A stretch of 64,000 nucleotides of DNA, from assembly GCA_964016885.1 (NCBI GenBank), contig OZ024743.1:196912001-196976000 (forward strand). Reading direction: 5' to 3'. Position 1 is the stretch's first letter. The number at the start of each line of letters is the position of its first letter. Below the pieces are notes generated by a model. It was not told the origin of the DNA. It saw only the letters and a list, made by a program, of their open reading frames with translations, and made no database searches. The DNA is from Eledone cirrhosa. Lineage: Eukaryota. This document shows, piece after piece, positions 12,240 to 25,119 of this stretch. Both the position numbers and the translations under genes were made by a program.

Positions 12240-14810
12240 AACAACTGGAAGGACTTCAGGAGCTCGGTCTATGAGGCTTCAGCAGAGGTCCTTGGCTTTG
12301 TCACAAGAAAACAAGGACTGGTTTGATGAGAATGACCAGGAGGTTAAGGCTCTGCTAGACAGAAAACAAAAGGCACTTGATGCAGTTCTTAAAGGTGGTA
12401 GCTATGTTGGTGACAATTATGAGCGTTACAGACAGGTAAAGAAGGAAGTGCAGGTGAAACTCAGGGCTATGCAAAATACCTGGTGGAGCAACAAAGCAGA
12501 TGAAGTTCAAGTGGCATCTGACGGCAACAATGTGAAACTGCCGCACTTTCTACTCACAGAGGTGTATGGCCCTTTCAGCTCTCCAGTGGCCCCTTTGAGA
12601 TCGAAAGATGGCAAGCAATTACTGCGCGACCAAAAGACACTCGACAGATAGAGAGATCACTTTGATGAGCTCTTAAACCAACCATCCCAGGTTGATGATG
12701 ATTTCATTTGTTCCATTCCTATTGAACCAGTGAAGCATATGAGATGGCTAATGTATCTTCTCTTGCAGAGGGGACTTCTGTTGTGCATAAGCTGAACTGT
12801 GGTAAGTCTCCTGGCATGGATGGTCTGAGTGGAGCGGTTTTGAAGTGTGGTGGTGAAAACTTCACGCAGCGCCTGACTGACCTCATGAAAATGGTGTGGG
12901 AAGATGAGAATGTCCCACAAGAAGGATGCGCTTATGATGATTCTCCATAAAGGAAAGGACGGCAAGGACAAATGTGGCAATTACATGTCATATCCCTTCT
13001 TTCAGTAGTTGGTAAAGTCGTGTCGAATATTGATGGATAGATTGATCCCAAGAGTTGCTCTGAATGTGTTGCCTGAGTCGCAGTGTGGGTTCAGAAACGA
13101 AAGAGGAACAGTGGATATGATCGTTTCTGCTCGGCAGCTGCAAGAAAAGTGTATCGACCTGTATGGACCTTTACCAGGTCTTTGTTGACTTGACAAAGGC
13201 CTTTGACACTGTCAATCAAACTGCGTTGTGGGAAAAAAAATCCAAGGTAGGGTAGAAGATTCTGCATCTTTTCCATGATGACATGAAGGCTTTGGTCAGT
13301 ATTGGTGGTAGCATCTCTAAACCAATATCAGTTGAAAATGGAGTGAAGCAGGGGGACATTCCGGCTCCAACTCTGTTTTCCTTATATTTTACGATAGTGT
13401 TTCTCATGGCATTCAAATATTGTTCTCATGGTGTTTACATCAGGTATCGCACTTCAGGAAGGTTGTTCAACACCAGGCGCATTGGTACAAGCACAAAGGT
13501 ATTAACATCTATAATCCGAGAGTTTTTGTATACAGACGACTGCGATCTTTTTGCACACTCACAAAGTGACATGCAGCATATTATGAACTCTTTTTCTGTA
13601 GCTTGCAGCACTTTGGGCGTCACAATAAGCTTGGAAAAGACTGCTGTGATGTATCAGCCAGTACCTGGAAACGAGTACACTGCACCAAGTGTGTACGTGT
13701 ACGGAAAGAGGCTAAAAGTTGCTGACAAGTTTGTTTACCTTGGTAGTACGTTGAACACTTCATGCACGCATGATAATGAAATATCCTTAAGAATCAAGAA
13801 AGCCAGTGATGCTTTTGGACGGCTGCATCAATGTTTATGGTCCAGACGAAGTATCACTATCGAAACCAAGGTGAAAGTGTATCTGACTTGTGTCGTCTCC
13901 TCTTTACTTTATGTTTGTGAAACGTGGGTCACATACAGAAAACACCTCAAGGATCTGGAGAGATTTCACCAAACAATCTCTTCATAAGTTACTTGGGGTG
14001 TGGTGGAAAATGTTCGCCAATGATTTGGAAGTTCTAGAACGGAGCAGGTGCGTGACTATAGAGAGCATAATCTTTCGGTATCGGTTGAGGTGGTGCAGTC
14101 ACGTGGTCCGGATGTCTGATGATCGTATTCCAAAGCAACTTCTCTATGGAGAACTGTGTGAAGGAAGGCGACCACCACATTAACCAAAAAGGCGGTACCG
14201 GGACTGTATCAGGGGCACCTTGGCTTGTGCTGGAATTTCATCTGACGAATGGGAGAAAATGGCTGACGAGCGTGTGAAGTGGAGACGTTTGATCAAGTCA
14301 GGTGGTGAACACTTTGAAACTCGTCGGAGAGAACATCTAACACTGAAAAGGAAGGTGAGGATTGAGACTGTTCTGAACTGCCTGCTGTTGAACATCATCT
14401 GGTTTGCCAGCACTGTGGTCGAGTCAGCCTGAGCAAAGCTGGTTTGATTAGACATGAACAAAGTCATATCAGTAGACCTCATGTAGATTATGATCTGCAA
14501 AGGTGTAAGAAATGTACAAGCATGGGAGGTCTTAAAAGATACATGTGAACATACAGCCAGAACAAAGCAATGGAAGGTTTCGGGGGAGCCTAAAGTTGCC
14601 ATGTGTGTGCCAGAGGGTGCAAGTATTTTGCTGGTTTAAAGAGTCACATTTGTGCTTCATATTTTTGAACATTTTATCGGTCAATGGCAATACTTGAACA
14701 CGAGTTTGCAGCCATCATGTAGTATGTATGTATGTATGTATGTATGTATGTATGTATGTATGTATGTATGTATGTATGTATGTATGTATGTATGTATGTA
14801 TGTATGTATG
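12240..14810 (+). mobile_element. 5'-truncated RTE (BovB-like) LINE, frameshifted, with C-terminal C2H2 fingers and (TATG)n tail
   Basis: DWFDEND, GKSPGMDG, LPESQCGFR, VDLTKAFDTV, GVKQGDIPAPTLF, LYTDD, FVYLGS, RLRWCSHVVRMSDDRIPKQLLYGEL across several frames. Confidence 0.93.
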
Positions 14811-15375
14811 TCGGGTCACTCTTGAGTGCTATTGGTAACATGTAACACAGTACAACCTGTCGCATGGTCGGGTCGTCGGCGACTAAACCGGCAACCCCAC
14901 CAAGTTTACTTGGTGAGGAGGGTGATTTTGGACACCCTGCAGGACAAAAAACAAAACCTGACAAAGGGCGGAAGATCTCATAAGAGTCAACGGCCATCCA
15001 AAAGTGTGTAAATATGTATTTACACATGTACATATGTATGTATATGTATATGTGTATATACATGGGTGCATGTGTATGTACATGCGCGGGGACATAGAAA
15101 TAATCGGGCTGGACACCCGATTGCGCGGTTAAACCACTGGGAGTGAAGGACCCCTAGCCTTTGTCAGGGCATTCTTCTAGGAGAAGGCAACTCAGGAAAC
15201 TGGGATAACTCCGATATAAAACCAGAGAGTGGGATTGGCTCAGTGCACAGTATTTCCTCATTTAAAAAATATCTTCATGCACAGGCATTGCACGATAGAA
15301 TTAATTAATAATTATTAATAATGGTATATCGTGCAATGGTCATACTCGATAACGAGGGGGCAGCCATCATGTATG
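14811..15375 (+). mobile_element. Non-autonomous bipartite RTE derivative (5' UTR-like head + RTE 3' tail)
   Basis: Ends atcgNNcaatggNNatactNgaNNNcgag...gcagccatcatgtatg, like the RTE tail at 14675-14725; no coding sequence. Confidence 0.6.
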
Positions 15376-15599
15376 CATGCATGCGTGTATGCATGTGTGT
15401 GTGTTTGAGTGTGTGTGTGTGTATATATATGTGTGTGTGTGCGTGCGTGTGTGTATATATATATATATATGTGCATGTGGGTGTGTATATATATATCTCC
15501 ATATACATATTTATTCAGCTGATATAGGCTGGATTGGTTGGAATATACTGACGCGAATTCTTTCTGCTCTGTTAAATCGAAACAAATCTTGACTTTTTA

Positions 15600-16260
15600 T
15601 TTGAGGTTTTCTATATAAGAGACCGGGAGACCATGTTGATACTATGAAGGCCATTTGTCCTAAGCCGCCTGGACTATTGCTCCCAGCTGTGGTCACCCCA
15701 TAGTATCAAACTAACCACGGAACTTGAGACAATCCAACGAAGCTACACCAAGAGGATTGCACGATGAAGGAGATGAGCTACTGGGAGAGGCTAAAAGAAC
15801 TGAAACTCTACTCCTTGGAACAAAGACGGGAGAGATACGCAGTGATATACATATGGAAAATCCTGGAGGGACTAGTGCCAAACTTTGGTATTGAGAGCGG
15901 GACCAACCCCCGAACAGGACGTCACTGTGTGGTGACAAAGGTCCCGTCTTCCATATCTAGAACAAGAAGCAGATATTGTAATAGACTGGGGTTCAAAGGC
16001 CCTCAACTCTTCAACAAACTGCCGAGGGATTTGAGAGATCTACATGGTGTGGCCGTGGATATTTTCAAGAAACTTCTCGACACCCTGTTATCCAGGATCC
16101 CGGATGAGCCCACATCACGGTACGAAGGTAACCTAAGGGCAGCAGCAACGAACTCCCTCTTACATCACTGGCCAGCCAACACAGGCTGGAGATAGAATGT
16201 GTAGCAACGAGGGCAGTGCCCAATCATGGTCTCAGCCAGATGGCTGGAACAACTAAAAGA
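15600..16260 (+). mobile_element. CR1/L2-group LINE 3' fragment
   Basis: YCSQLWSP...YWERLKELKLYSLEQRRERY...FKGPQLFNKLPRDLR. Confidence 0.85.
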
Positions 16261-16651
16261 GTATATATATATATTTAATATAGAAATGGCTCCAACAGGA
16301 CTAGAACTGTTTCATTCGGAGGAAATCATCAGAAAAGCCGACTGTCAATGTAATATGGTGGTATTTATACATTTTCTGGTGGTAGGGGAGGGTAGTAAAT
16401 TGATGCTAAGTAGACAAACACATACACACTGACAGGCACTCCTAATTTTCAAGATTCATTTATTCCAAACAAACAAAGGGTTTTCATTGAGTAGCAATAT
16501 TAAAATGCTCTGCTAAAAGATATAAATATGTGTGTGTTTGTGTATGTGTGTGTGTGTTTGTGTATGTATATATGTATATGTGTGTGTGTGTGTTTGTGTA
16601 TATATATATATATATGTGTGTGTGTGTTTGTATGTATATATATGTATATAT

Positions 16652-16765
16652 ATAGGAACAAGTAAGACCCCGACGGCTGAGCTCAAGCCGTTTCGACGGC
16701 TAATTCTGTAGAATTAGCCGTCGAAACGGCTTGAGCTCAGCCGTCGGGGTCTTACTTGTTCCTAT
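16652..16765. repeat. Perfect 56 bp-arm palindrome derived from a hammerhead-bearing Penelope-like end
   Basis: Arms 16652-16707 / 16710-16765 around a GT centre; right arm carries GAAA-stem III-GTC. Confidence 0.85.
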
Positions 16766-16841
16766 TACCCACTCTACTACCCTAAGTATTGAGTACTTTG
16801 GTGCATTATGGTCCACCTGGTTCCTTACCACATTTCCTTCG

Positions 16842-16932
<91 letters not shown>

Positions 16933-16944
16933 TGTATATATATG

Positions 16945-17584
16945 TGTGTAAATGAAGTAATTCCGTCGGAAAAGTCCAGGAAAAAAGAGTGCTCTATGTA
17001 GGTAACAGAGCTTAATAGTTATGTAATAAACAACATAAGGCAATTATTCTATTTACCAGTGGTTTCTTAAAAGCAAAAAAAATGTTGCTTTCAATCATCA
17101 GAATGAAAAAATCCTGGTCTGTTTATTGAATTTGGTTTTTAAAATCCAAATTCAATAAACAGACCATGATTTTTTCATTCTGAGGATTGAAAGCAAAATT
17201 TTTTGCTTTTAAGAAACCACTGGTAAATGGAATAATTGCCTTATGTTGTTTATTACATAACTATTAAGCTCTGTTACCTACATAGAGCACTCTTTTTTCC
17301 TGGACATTTGCGATGAAAGTACTTCATTTATACAGCTCCAACCGGGATTGATTGAAGCATATTCTATTTTACATATACGATTGGCACTTTCCAGCCCGAT
17401 TAGTTGAGCACTCTACAGTTTTCAGGAATTTAACCAACATACACCATGGACCTTTATGAGGGTTTTTAAAATCCAAATTCAATAAACAGACCAGGATTTT
17501 TTCATTCTGAGGATTGAAAGCAAAATTTTTTGCTTTTAAGAAACCACTGGTAAATGGAATAATTGCCTTATGTTGTTTATTACA

Positions 17585-17630
<46 letters not shown>

Positions 17631-17703
17631 TGTAATAAACAACATAAGGCAATTATTCCATTTACCAGTGGTTTCTTAAAAGCAAAAAATTTTGCTTTCA
17701 ATC

Positions 17704-17706
<3 letters not shown>
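16945..17706. mobile_element. Penelope-like/retrozyme-like repeat, inverted + tandem copies with hammerhead-like core
   Basis: ~190 bp-arm palindrome 16945-17334, direct repeat at 327 bp spacing, and another inverted copy 17625-17706; core CTGA(G/T)GA-TT-GAAA. Confidence 0.7.
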
Positions 17707-17786
<80 letters not shown>

Positions 17787-17789
<3 letters not shown>

Positions 17790-18898
17790 AATTTCAATAA
17801 TATTAAGACACCCTATAGTGAAAAGTTTGGCCAATAAATGGAACAAGATTTTACGAACTCCTCCTATGGTTTTGGAGATAGACCCCCATAACCATATATA
17901 TTCTGAAACTACAATACCCAGGGTACTTGTATAAGTATATTTCATTTTAATCAAAGGGTTCATCGGGGGCACAGAACCGCCGCTGAAACTTTACCTTCGA
18001 TTTATATGAAATTTAAACCATAGGTAAATGACAAGATATGATGCCTATTCACAAAATTTCAGCAAATTTCAATAAAATTAAAATACCCTAATGAGGGTTA
18101 AACCCCCTATTAGGGTTCACCGGTGGCACAAACCCCTGCTGAAAATGTTTTCCCTTCGATTTATATGCAATTTAAACCATAGGTAAACGACAAGATATGA
18201 TGCCTATTCACTTTCAGCAAATTTCAATAAAATTACAATACCTTAATGGGGGTTAAACCCCCTATTAGGGTTCACCAGGGGGCACAAAATCCCCGCTGAA
18301 AATTTTTTCGGTTTGATTTATATGCAATTTAAACCATAGATAAATGAAGAGATATGATGTCTATTCACAAAATTTCAATACTATAAGACACCTTAATGGT
18401 GGTTAAACCCCCTATTAGGTAGGTAAATGACAAGATATGATGCCTATTCACAAAAGTTTTCAATTGATATTTTGAAAAAAATTATTTACAAGAAACAAAA
18501 TAAGAATAAGATTTAATAATGCAATTTTGATTTGATATATTACAAAAAATGATGTTTTCCAATTTTTCATGCATTATATTTTACAAGGGCGATGGATTGG
18601 CAGTATCGGTAGAGGGTCGGACGCCATGCTTTGACGCGTAGAGTTACGGCCCTTGCCATTCTGAGTTCAAATCCCGCCGAGGTTAACTTTGCCTTTCATC
18701 CTTACGAGGTCGATAAAATAAAGTACCAGTAATACACTAGGTAATTGCTGGCCTTGTGCCAAAAGTAGAAACAATTATATTTTACATTGAGCAATATTGA
18801 GTTTTTCTCCATAAATTATATCACTGATTTAAAATCAATCATCATTTTCTTACAAAAAAAATGTGTGAAACGCAGCAAGGCACTGGTAATTCGGCTAG
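17787..18898 (+). mobile_element. Non-autonomous Helitron-like element with ~155 bp internal tandem repeats
   Basis: About three internal repeats at 17955-18455; 3' end gcagcaaggcactggtaattcggCTAG|T; 5' end lost in a microsatellite. Confidence 0.6.
18587..18773 (+). mobile_element. Full-length SINE family A nested in the Helitron
   Basis: TSD attatattttaca on both sides. Confidence 0.88.
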
Positions 18899-18929
18899 TA
18901 TATATATATATGTGAGTGTGTGTATATAT

Positions 18930-19900
18930 ATGTGTGTGCGAGGTGTAGGTAGAAACTCCATCCTCTGCCCCATATGCAAACTATGGGTACACAAGAGATG
19001 TAGTGGGATCTCAGGAAGTTTAGTTAAGAATGTAGGCTTTACATGTAGCAGTTGCACCAGGACAGTAAGCAGCAAACAATCACTGAAAACAAGTGACATC
19101 AAAGTCTGGGAGGACTTGGTAAAAACAATACCGAATTAGCAGCGGAGGGGGGTGTTCTGAAAGAACGGGATGGAAGAAGTTGATGGAACTACTGCCACAG
19201 CTGGATACAAAAGGCTTTTCCCTCAGAATAAAAGGTAGACTGTATGATGTGTGCATATGAACGGCAATGTTGCATGGTAGTGAGAGCTGGGCGCTGTGTG
19301 TAGAAGACTTGCGTAGATTAGAAAGGAATGAAGCTTGTATGCTCCGATGGATGTGTAATAGTAATATACGCGAACAGCAAAGCATAAACAAACTGAAAGA
19401 GAAATTAGGCATAAGAGGAATCAAATGTTGTGTGCAGGAGGGGAGATTATGTTGGTATGGACATGTGATTCGTATGAAGGATGACAGCTACATAAAATCC
19501 CAGAAAGACTTGAGATGAAGTGATAAAAGCCGACCTTGCCCAATTGCACCTCTGAAAGGCAATGTCACAGGAGCAAGATCTCTGGCATTATGAGGTAATA
19601 CAGAAACCCCAACTTCCCACGGGCCCAGGCCAAGGCTGAATCATACATACAGTATGCACCACTCCATCCCACCCGCCAATATATCTTTCATGAGAACAGG
19701 CCGAAACACTGTAAAGTGGTCGTGATGGTGACACGGTAAAAAACACCCAGTCCACACTGTAAAGTAGTCGTGGAGGAATCACAACAAAAAAACACCCAGT
19801 ACTCACTGTAAATGAGCCTGGCATTAGGAAGGGCATCCAGCTGTAGAAACCAAGCCAAAATCAGTTCTTTATGAGCAAGACAAGGTCACCTGACCTAACA
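18930..19900 (+). mobile_element. Degenerate RTE (PHD-type) 3' fragment
   Basis: GVGRNSILCPICKLWVHKRCSG, MLHGSESWAL, RLCWYGHVIRM. Confidence 0.88.
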
Positions 19901-19914
19901 TTGCCAACAATAGA

Positions 19915-20280
19915 AGGCACATGGCTCAGTGGTTAGAGCATTGGACTTGCAATTGAAAGGTTGTGAGTTTAATTCTCGGACCGGGTGATGTGTTGTTTCC
20001 TTGAGCAAGACACTTTATTTCACATTGCTCCAGTTTACTCAGCTGTAGAAATGAGATGATAGGACTGGGGTCCCTATCATTCCACTGCAAAGTGGTCGTG
20101 GAGGTGCCACGGCAAAAAAAAAAAAACACCCAGCACTCACTGTAAATGAGGTTGGTGTTAGGAAGAGCATCCAGCTGAAGAAATCAAGACAGAATCAGTT
20201 CCCGTATGAGCAAGAAAAGGACACTGACCACAACAGGACAACCCATGCTAGCGTAGAAGAACTGACATAAAATGATGATG
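19915..20280 (+). mobile_element. SINE family B (tRNA head, RTE-derived tail)
   Basis: ggctcagtggttagagcatt head, ccttgagcaagacact body, gttggtgttaggaagNgcatccagctg tail shared with the RTE 3' UTR; other copies 24650-25005 (-) and 50668-50960 (+). Confidence 0.85.
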
Positions 20281-20513
20281 AAATATAACAGAGTTTTATA
20301 GCTTGCTTGAGGCATTGATGAATAGAAAACACAAATTTAAATTTTGAAAACCAAGTTGAGGGCCTTTGAACCCCAGGCTATTGCAATAGCTGCTCCTGAT
20401 TCTAGATGTGGAAGACGGGACCTTTGGTACCACACAGTGACGTCCTGTTCGAGAATTGGTCCAGGTCTCAATGCGAAAGTTTGGTCTTAGTCCCCCCATG
20501 ATTTTCCATATGT

Positions 20514-20558
<45 letters not shown>

Positions 20559-23500
20559 GTTTAACGTCCATCTTCCACGCTTGCATGGGTTTGGACGGGA
20601 GTTTTCCCACTTGAGGCAAGAGTGGTTGTCTTGCTCGCATAGGACTGTCTGGTGGGTTTTCTACGGCTGGATGCCCTTCCTAACACCAACCACGTTTACA
20701 GTGTGGACTGGGAGGTTTTTACCGTGTTACCTACACGGCCACATTACAGCGTGGACTGTGTGTTTTTTTGTCGTGACACCTACACAACATCATTTGTTTC
20801 GGACTGGATGTTGTGGTACCAACATAACTTTACATTGAAAGGGGTGGTGTGGATGGGGTGGGGGTAGTGGGAGGGGGTGTATTTTTGTTAGAGGTGCCTA
20901 CTGACTGTAGTAGGTTTCACTTTGTACTTAGGTAAGGCGGGTCTTCTGTATTACTGTGTAGCGCCAAAGATCTCGGTCCAGTGACATTGTCTTGGAGAGG
21001 TGTAAGTGTGTGAGGTTTGAATTTATCAAGTCGTCCCAGGTTTTTCTGGGTCTGCCTACTCTGTGGCTACCGTCTATTTTTATTGCCCTGCACTTTTTTA
21101 TGCAGCTGTCGTCTTTCATGCGCATCACGTGACCATACCAACGTAGTCTTCTCTCGAGTAAACAACATCTGATCCCTCTTATTTCTAATTTTTCCCTTAG
21201 TTCGTTTATGATTTGCCGTTCACGTATAATTACTATTACACACCCAGCGGAGCATGCAAGCTTCGTTCCTCTCCAATCTGCGTATATCCTCTGCACACAA
21301 TGCCCAGGTCTCACTGCCATGTAACATTGCTGTTCGTATGCAGGCATCATACAGCCTGCCTTTCATTTTTAGAGAGAACCCTTTAGCGGCTAATAGTGGT
21401 ATAAGCTCTCTGAACTTTTTCCATCCAGTTCTGACTCTAGCTACTGTACTTTCAGAGCACCCTCCACCACTGCTGATTTTGTCACCCAAGTAACGGAAGC
21501 TGTCCACTATTTCTATAGAACCATCTGTGCAATGGAATGAGCTAGTATTCTGTGGGCACTTGCTGCTACTTATTGCACCAGAGCACCGGCCACATATAAA
21601 ATCTATATTCTTAGTTAGCTTACCTGTGATCCCACTACATCTTTTATGCACTCATACTTTGTATTTGGGACATAGAATGGAGTTTCTACCTCCTCCTTTC
21701 CTACACACTAAGCATGGCCATTTCCCGGATGGGACCGGTGCTCTATTTTCCTTCCTACAAACTAGAACTTTAGTCTTAGACAGGTTAATTTTAAGGCCTT
21801 TTGATTCTAGGCCATGCTTCCATGTTTGGAATTTCATCTCTAGTTCAGCCATTGATTCAGCTATGAGCGTTAGATCATCTGCGTATAGGAGTTCCCATGG
21901 GCAGCCGGTCTTGAACTCCACTGTTATAGCCTGAAGGGCAATAATAAATAGTAGGGGGCTAAGAACGGAGCCCTGATGAACACCAACTTTTACGCTAAAC
22001 TCTTCACTATATTCGTTGTTAATTCTATCCTTGCTGACTGTTTCTTTATACATGGCTTGTATAGCTCTCACAAGCCATTCATCAACACCTAGTTTTCTAA
22101 GAGCCCACCAGATAATGGAACGGGGGACTCTGTCAAAGGCTTTCTCCAAGTCGACAAAAGCTAAGTATAAGGGTTTACTTTTAGCTAGGTACTTCTCCTG
22201 TAGTTGTCGTACAATGAAAAGAGCGTCTGTGATACTTTTATCTGACACAAACCTGAACTGCATTTCATCTAGATCAATTCGCTCTCTGATTGGTTGCGCT
22301 ATTACTTTTTCTGTGACCTTCATGACCTGGTCAATTAATTTAATGCCTCTATAGTTACCCCTATCTAGGGCATCTCCTTTACCCTTGTAGCAGTTAACGA
22401 TGATGCTGCTACGCCAGTCCTTCGGAACAACCCCATTCTGTATGACTTGGTTTACTATCCGGGTGACCATGGTGTGTCCCACCGTTCCAGAAGCTTTCAG
22501 CATTTCAGCAACTATTTCCGAAGGCCCAGCCGCCTTACCCGTCTTCATATCTTTGATTGCCTTACTTATTATACTACATTCGACTAACACTGCTGGTCCC
22601 TCTATTGGATCGATGTGGGGGAGACTGTCTTTCTCCGATTTATTCTCCTCATTTAGTAGCCTTTCGTAGTGACACTTCCAAGCTACCTTCTTATCAACGT
22701 CAGTGATGGCAAGTACACCATCATCATTAAGGACACACTTCTCCCCAACAATATCACGGTTTTCCTTGACACATTGCCTAGCAATCCTGAACACCTCACG
22801 TTTTTGGTCCTCGCGTTGTAGAAAATGCTTGAACTTTCTCTCCTCTACTTCCCTTCTTGCGAAGTACACTTGTCTCCTAGCTTCCCTCCTGGCCACTTGA
22901 TAGTCTTCTCTACTTCCCCCATCCCGCCATACTTTCCAAGCCTTCTTTTTGGCCTTAATTGACTCCTCCACCTTACTGTTCCACCACCACATTACTCTCC
23001 TCCTGCCTATAGGCCTGCTCCAGCCACAGACTTCATCTGCCGCCATCAGCAAGTTTGCTTTCAGGAATTCCCACTGTTCCTCTATATTATACGATTCTAA
23101 TTGCTCTTCCTTACTGTCGAAAGCATCAAGTAATATGCTTTTAAATTTATTACTGGTTGTGGGGTCCTTTAGCTTCCATATTTTTCTCCTGGGGATAGTT
23201 CTCTTCTGTTGTCGAGTATGTCTCGTCCTGACTATGAGGTCGCTGATTATGAGTCTATGTTGGGAGGTGCATTCTTCATGGGGGAGGAATTTAGTGTTTA
23301 CAACAGACACTCTGTCACGTCTTCTGGTAAGGATATAATCTACCTGGCTGGTATGTTCCCCTGATCTGTAGGTGATCAAGTGATTGTCTCGTTTTTTGAA
23401 GTTAGTGTTACAGATAGTTAGGTTATTTGCGTCACAGAATTCCAGGATTCTGGAGCCTTCCTCATTTCTAGTACCAAACCCATAGCCATAGCCTCCATGG

Positions 23501-24472
23501 ATTCCGTCATAGTCGTCACAATGTTGTCCAACGTGACCATTTAGGTCGCCAGCAATAATTATATAGTCACTGTCGGTTATTTGGGAGGTAGTGAGCATCA
23601 GTGTCTCATAGAATCTGTCTTTTATATCGCCAGGCAGTCCGGATTGGGGTGCGTACGCAGATATGACTGTCACAGTAGTTCTATTCAGAACAAGTCTTAT
23701 TTTAATTATTCTGTCATTCACTCTATTTACGTCTATTATCTTATCCACCCATTTTTCTGCAAACATGATTCCTACCCCACCCAGCCCATTGTCATTTCTC
23801 ACCCAGAAAAGCTTATAGCATCGTTTTTTACCCACAATGAATCTAGCAGACCCGCCCCTCCAACTGGTCTCTTGGATACAGCAAACATCAACCTCCTAAC
23901 GTTCAAGCATTTCTACAACCTCGTTAGAGCAGCCTTTTAAGGTGCCTACATTCATGGTACCAACTCTGAAGTTTTGAATTGCGTTTGGTGGGTGGGGCGC
24001 GGGGAGGGGGAGGGGGAGGGGCTTGGGGTTATGTTGGCCATCCGCGGCCGAAACAAAGAGGAGGAGTCCTTGCCCTTTCGTCCGGCAGCATGAGGTGATT
24101 TTGTTGTTATCTTTGGCATTGTCTCCGAGTGTCCAGATTCTTCAGACTCTCCAGAAATTCCTTAGTCCATCCATCATATCGAAAAACAACCAGGAGAAGT
24201 GATAGCATAGGCTGCTGACTTATGATTGGTCCAAATAATAGTGGTGGAGAGCGGGGGTGGGCGGGAGTGGTATGGGGTAGTTAGCAAGGAGAAGGTTTTA
24301 AATAAAGCAATAAACAGTAACAAGCGATATACTGGGATTTTAAAATACACAAGATTATTTAGAACAGCCAGACAGAATTATAAAATAGCATTGAGAAGGT
24401 AGGATTGGATTCTGGGCGATTATACAGATATATGGATGGATGAACCGAAGGGTGAGGAGACACGAAGAAAAT
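20514..24472 (-). mobile_element. Full-length RTE LINE (APE + RT + PHD insert), few disabling mutations
   Basis: APE motifs (GTMNVGTL, SAYAPQ, GDLNGH), RT (FVDLEKAFDRVP, GVHQGS, YADD), (GAT)n tail; splits a CR1-like fragment (24473-24646 / 20350-20513), which defines both ends. Confidence 0.95.
21652..23835 (-). pseudogene. RTE ORF main open segment
   Basis: 727 aa open frame with APE and RT; continues after a stop into 21220-21651. Confidence 0.9.
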
Positions 24473-24649
24473 TATATCATTGCGTATCTCTCCCATCTTC
24501 ATTCCGAGGAGTAGAGTTTCAGTTCTTTTAGACTCTCCCAGTAGTTTATCTCCTTCATCGTGGCAACCTTCTTGGTGTAGCTTCATTGGATTGCTTCAAG
24601 CTCCATGGTTAGTTTGATACTATGAAGTGACCACAGCTGGGAGCATTCA

Positions 24650-25005
24650 TCATCATTTCATTTTACGTCCACTTTTTCCCTGCTTGCAAGGGTGGGACGG
24701 GAACTGATTCTGACTTGATTTCTACAGCTGGATGCCCTTCCTAACACCAACCTCATTTACAGTGAGTGCTTTTTTCCCGTGGCACCTCCACATCCACTTT
24801 ACAGTGTGGGCTGGGTGCTTTTTTGCCGTGGCACCTTCACGACCACTTTGCAGTGGAATGATAGGGACCCCAGTCCTATCATCTCATTTCTACAGCTGAG
24901 TAAACTGGGGCAATGTGAAATAAAGTGTCTTGCTCAAGGAAACAACACATCACCCGGTGTGAGAATTGAACTCACAACCTTTCGATTGCAGGGCCAATGC
25001 TCTCA
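24650..25005 (-). mobile_element. SINE family B
   Basis: Reverse complement of 19915-20280. Confidence 0.85.
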
Positions 25006-25016
25006 ATATGTATGTG

Positions 25017-25048
<32 letters not shown>

Positions 25049-25071
25049 TATATATATATAAACTAATATAT

Positions 25072-25102
<31 letters not shown>

Positions 25103-25119
25103 GTAATAATAATACATAT

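Noticed and set aside
16731-17043. YIYI/CVCV/HTHT ORFs here and elsewhere
   Set aside because: Translations of (TA)n and (TG)n microsatellites.
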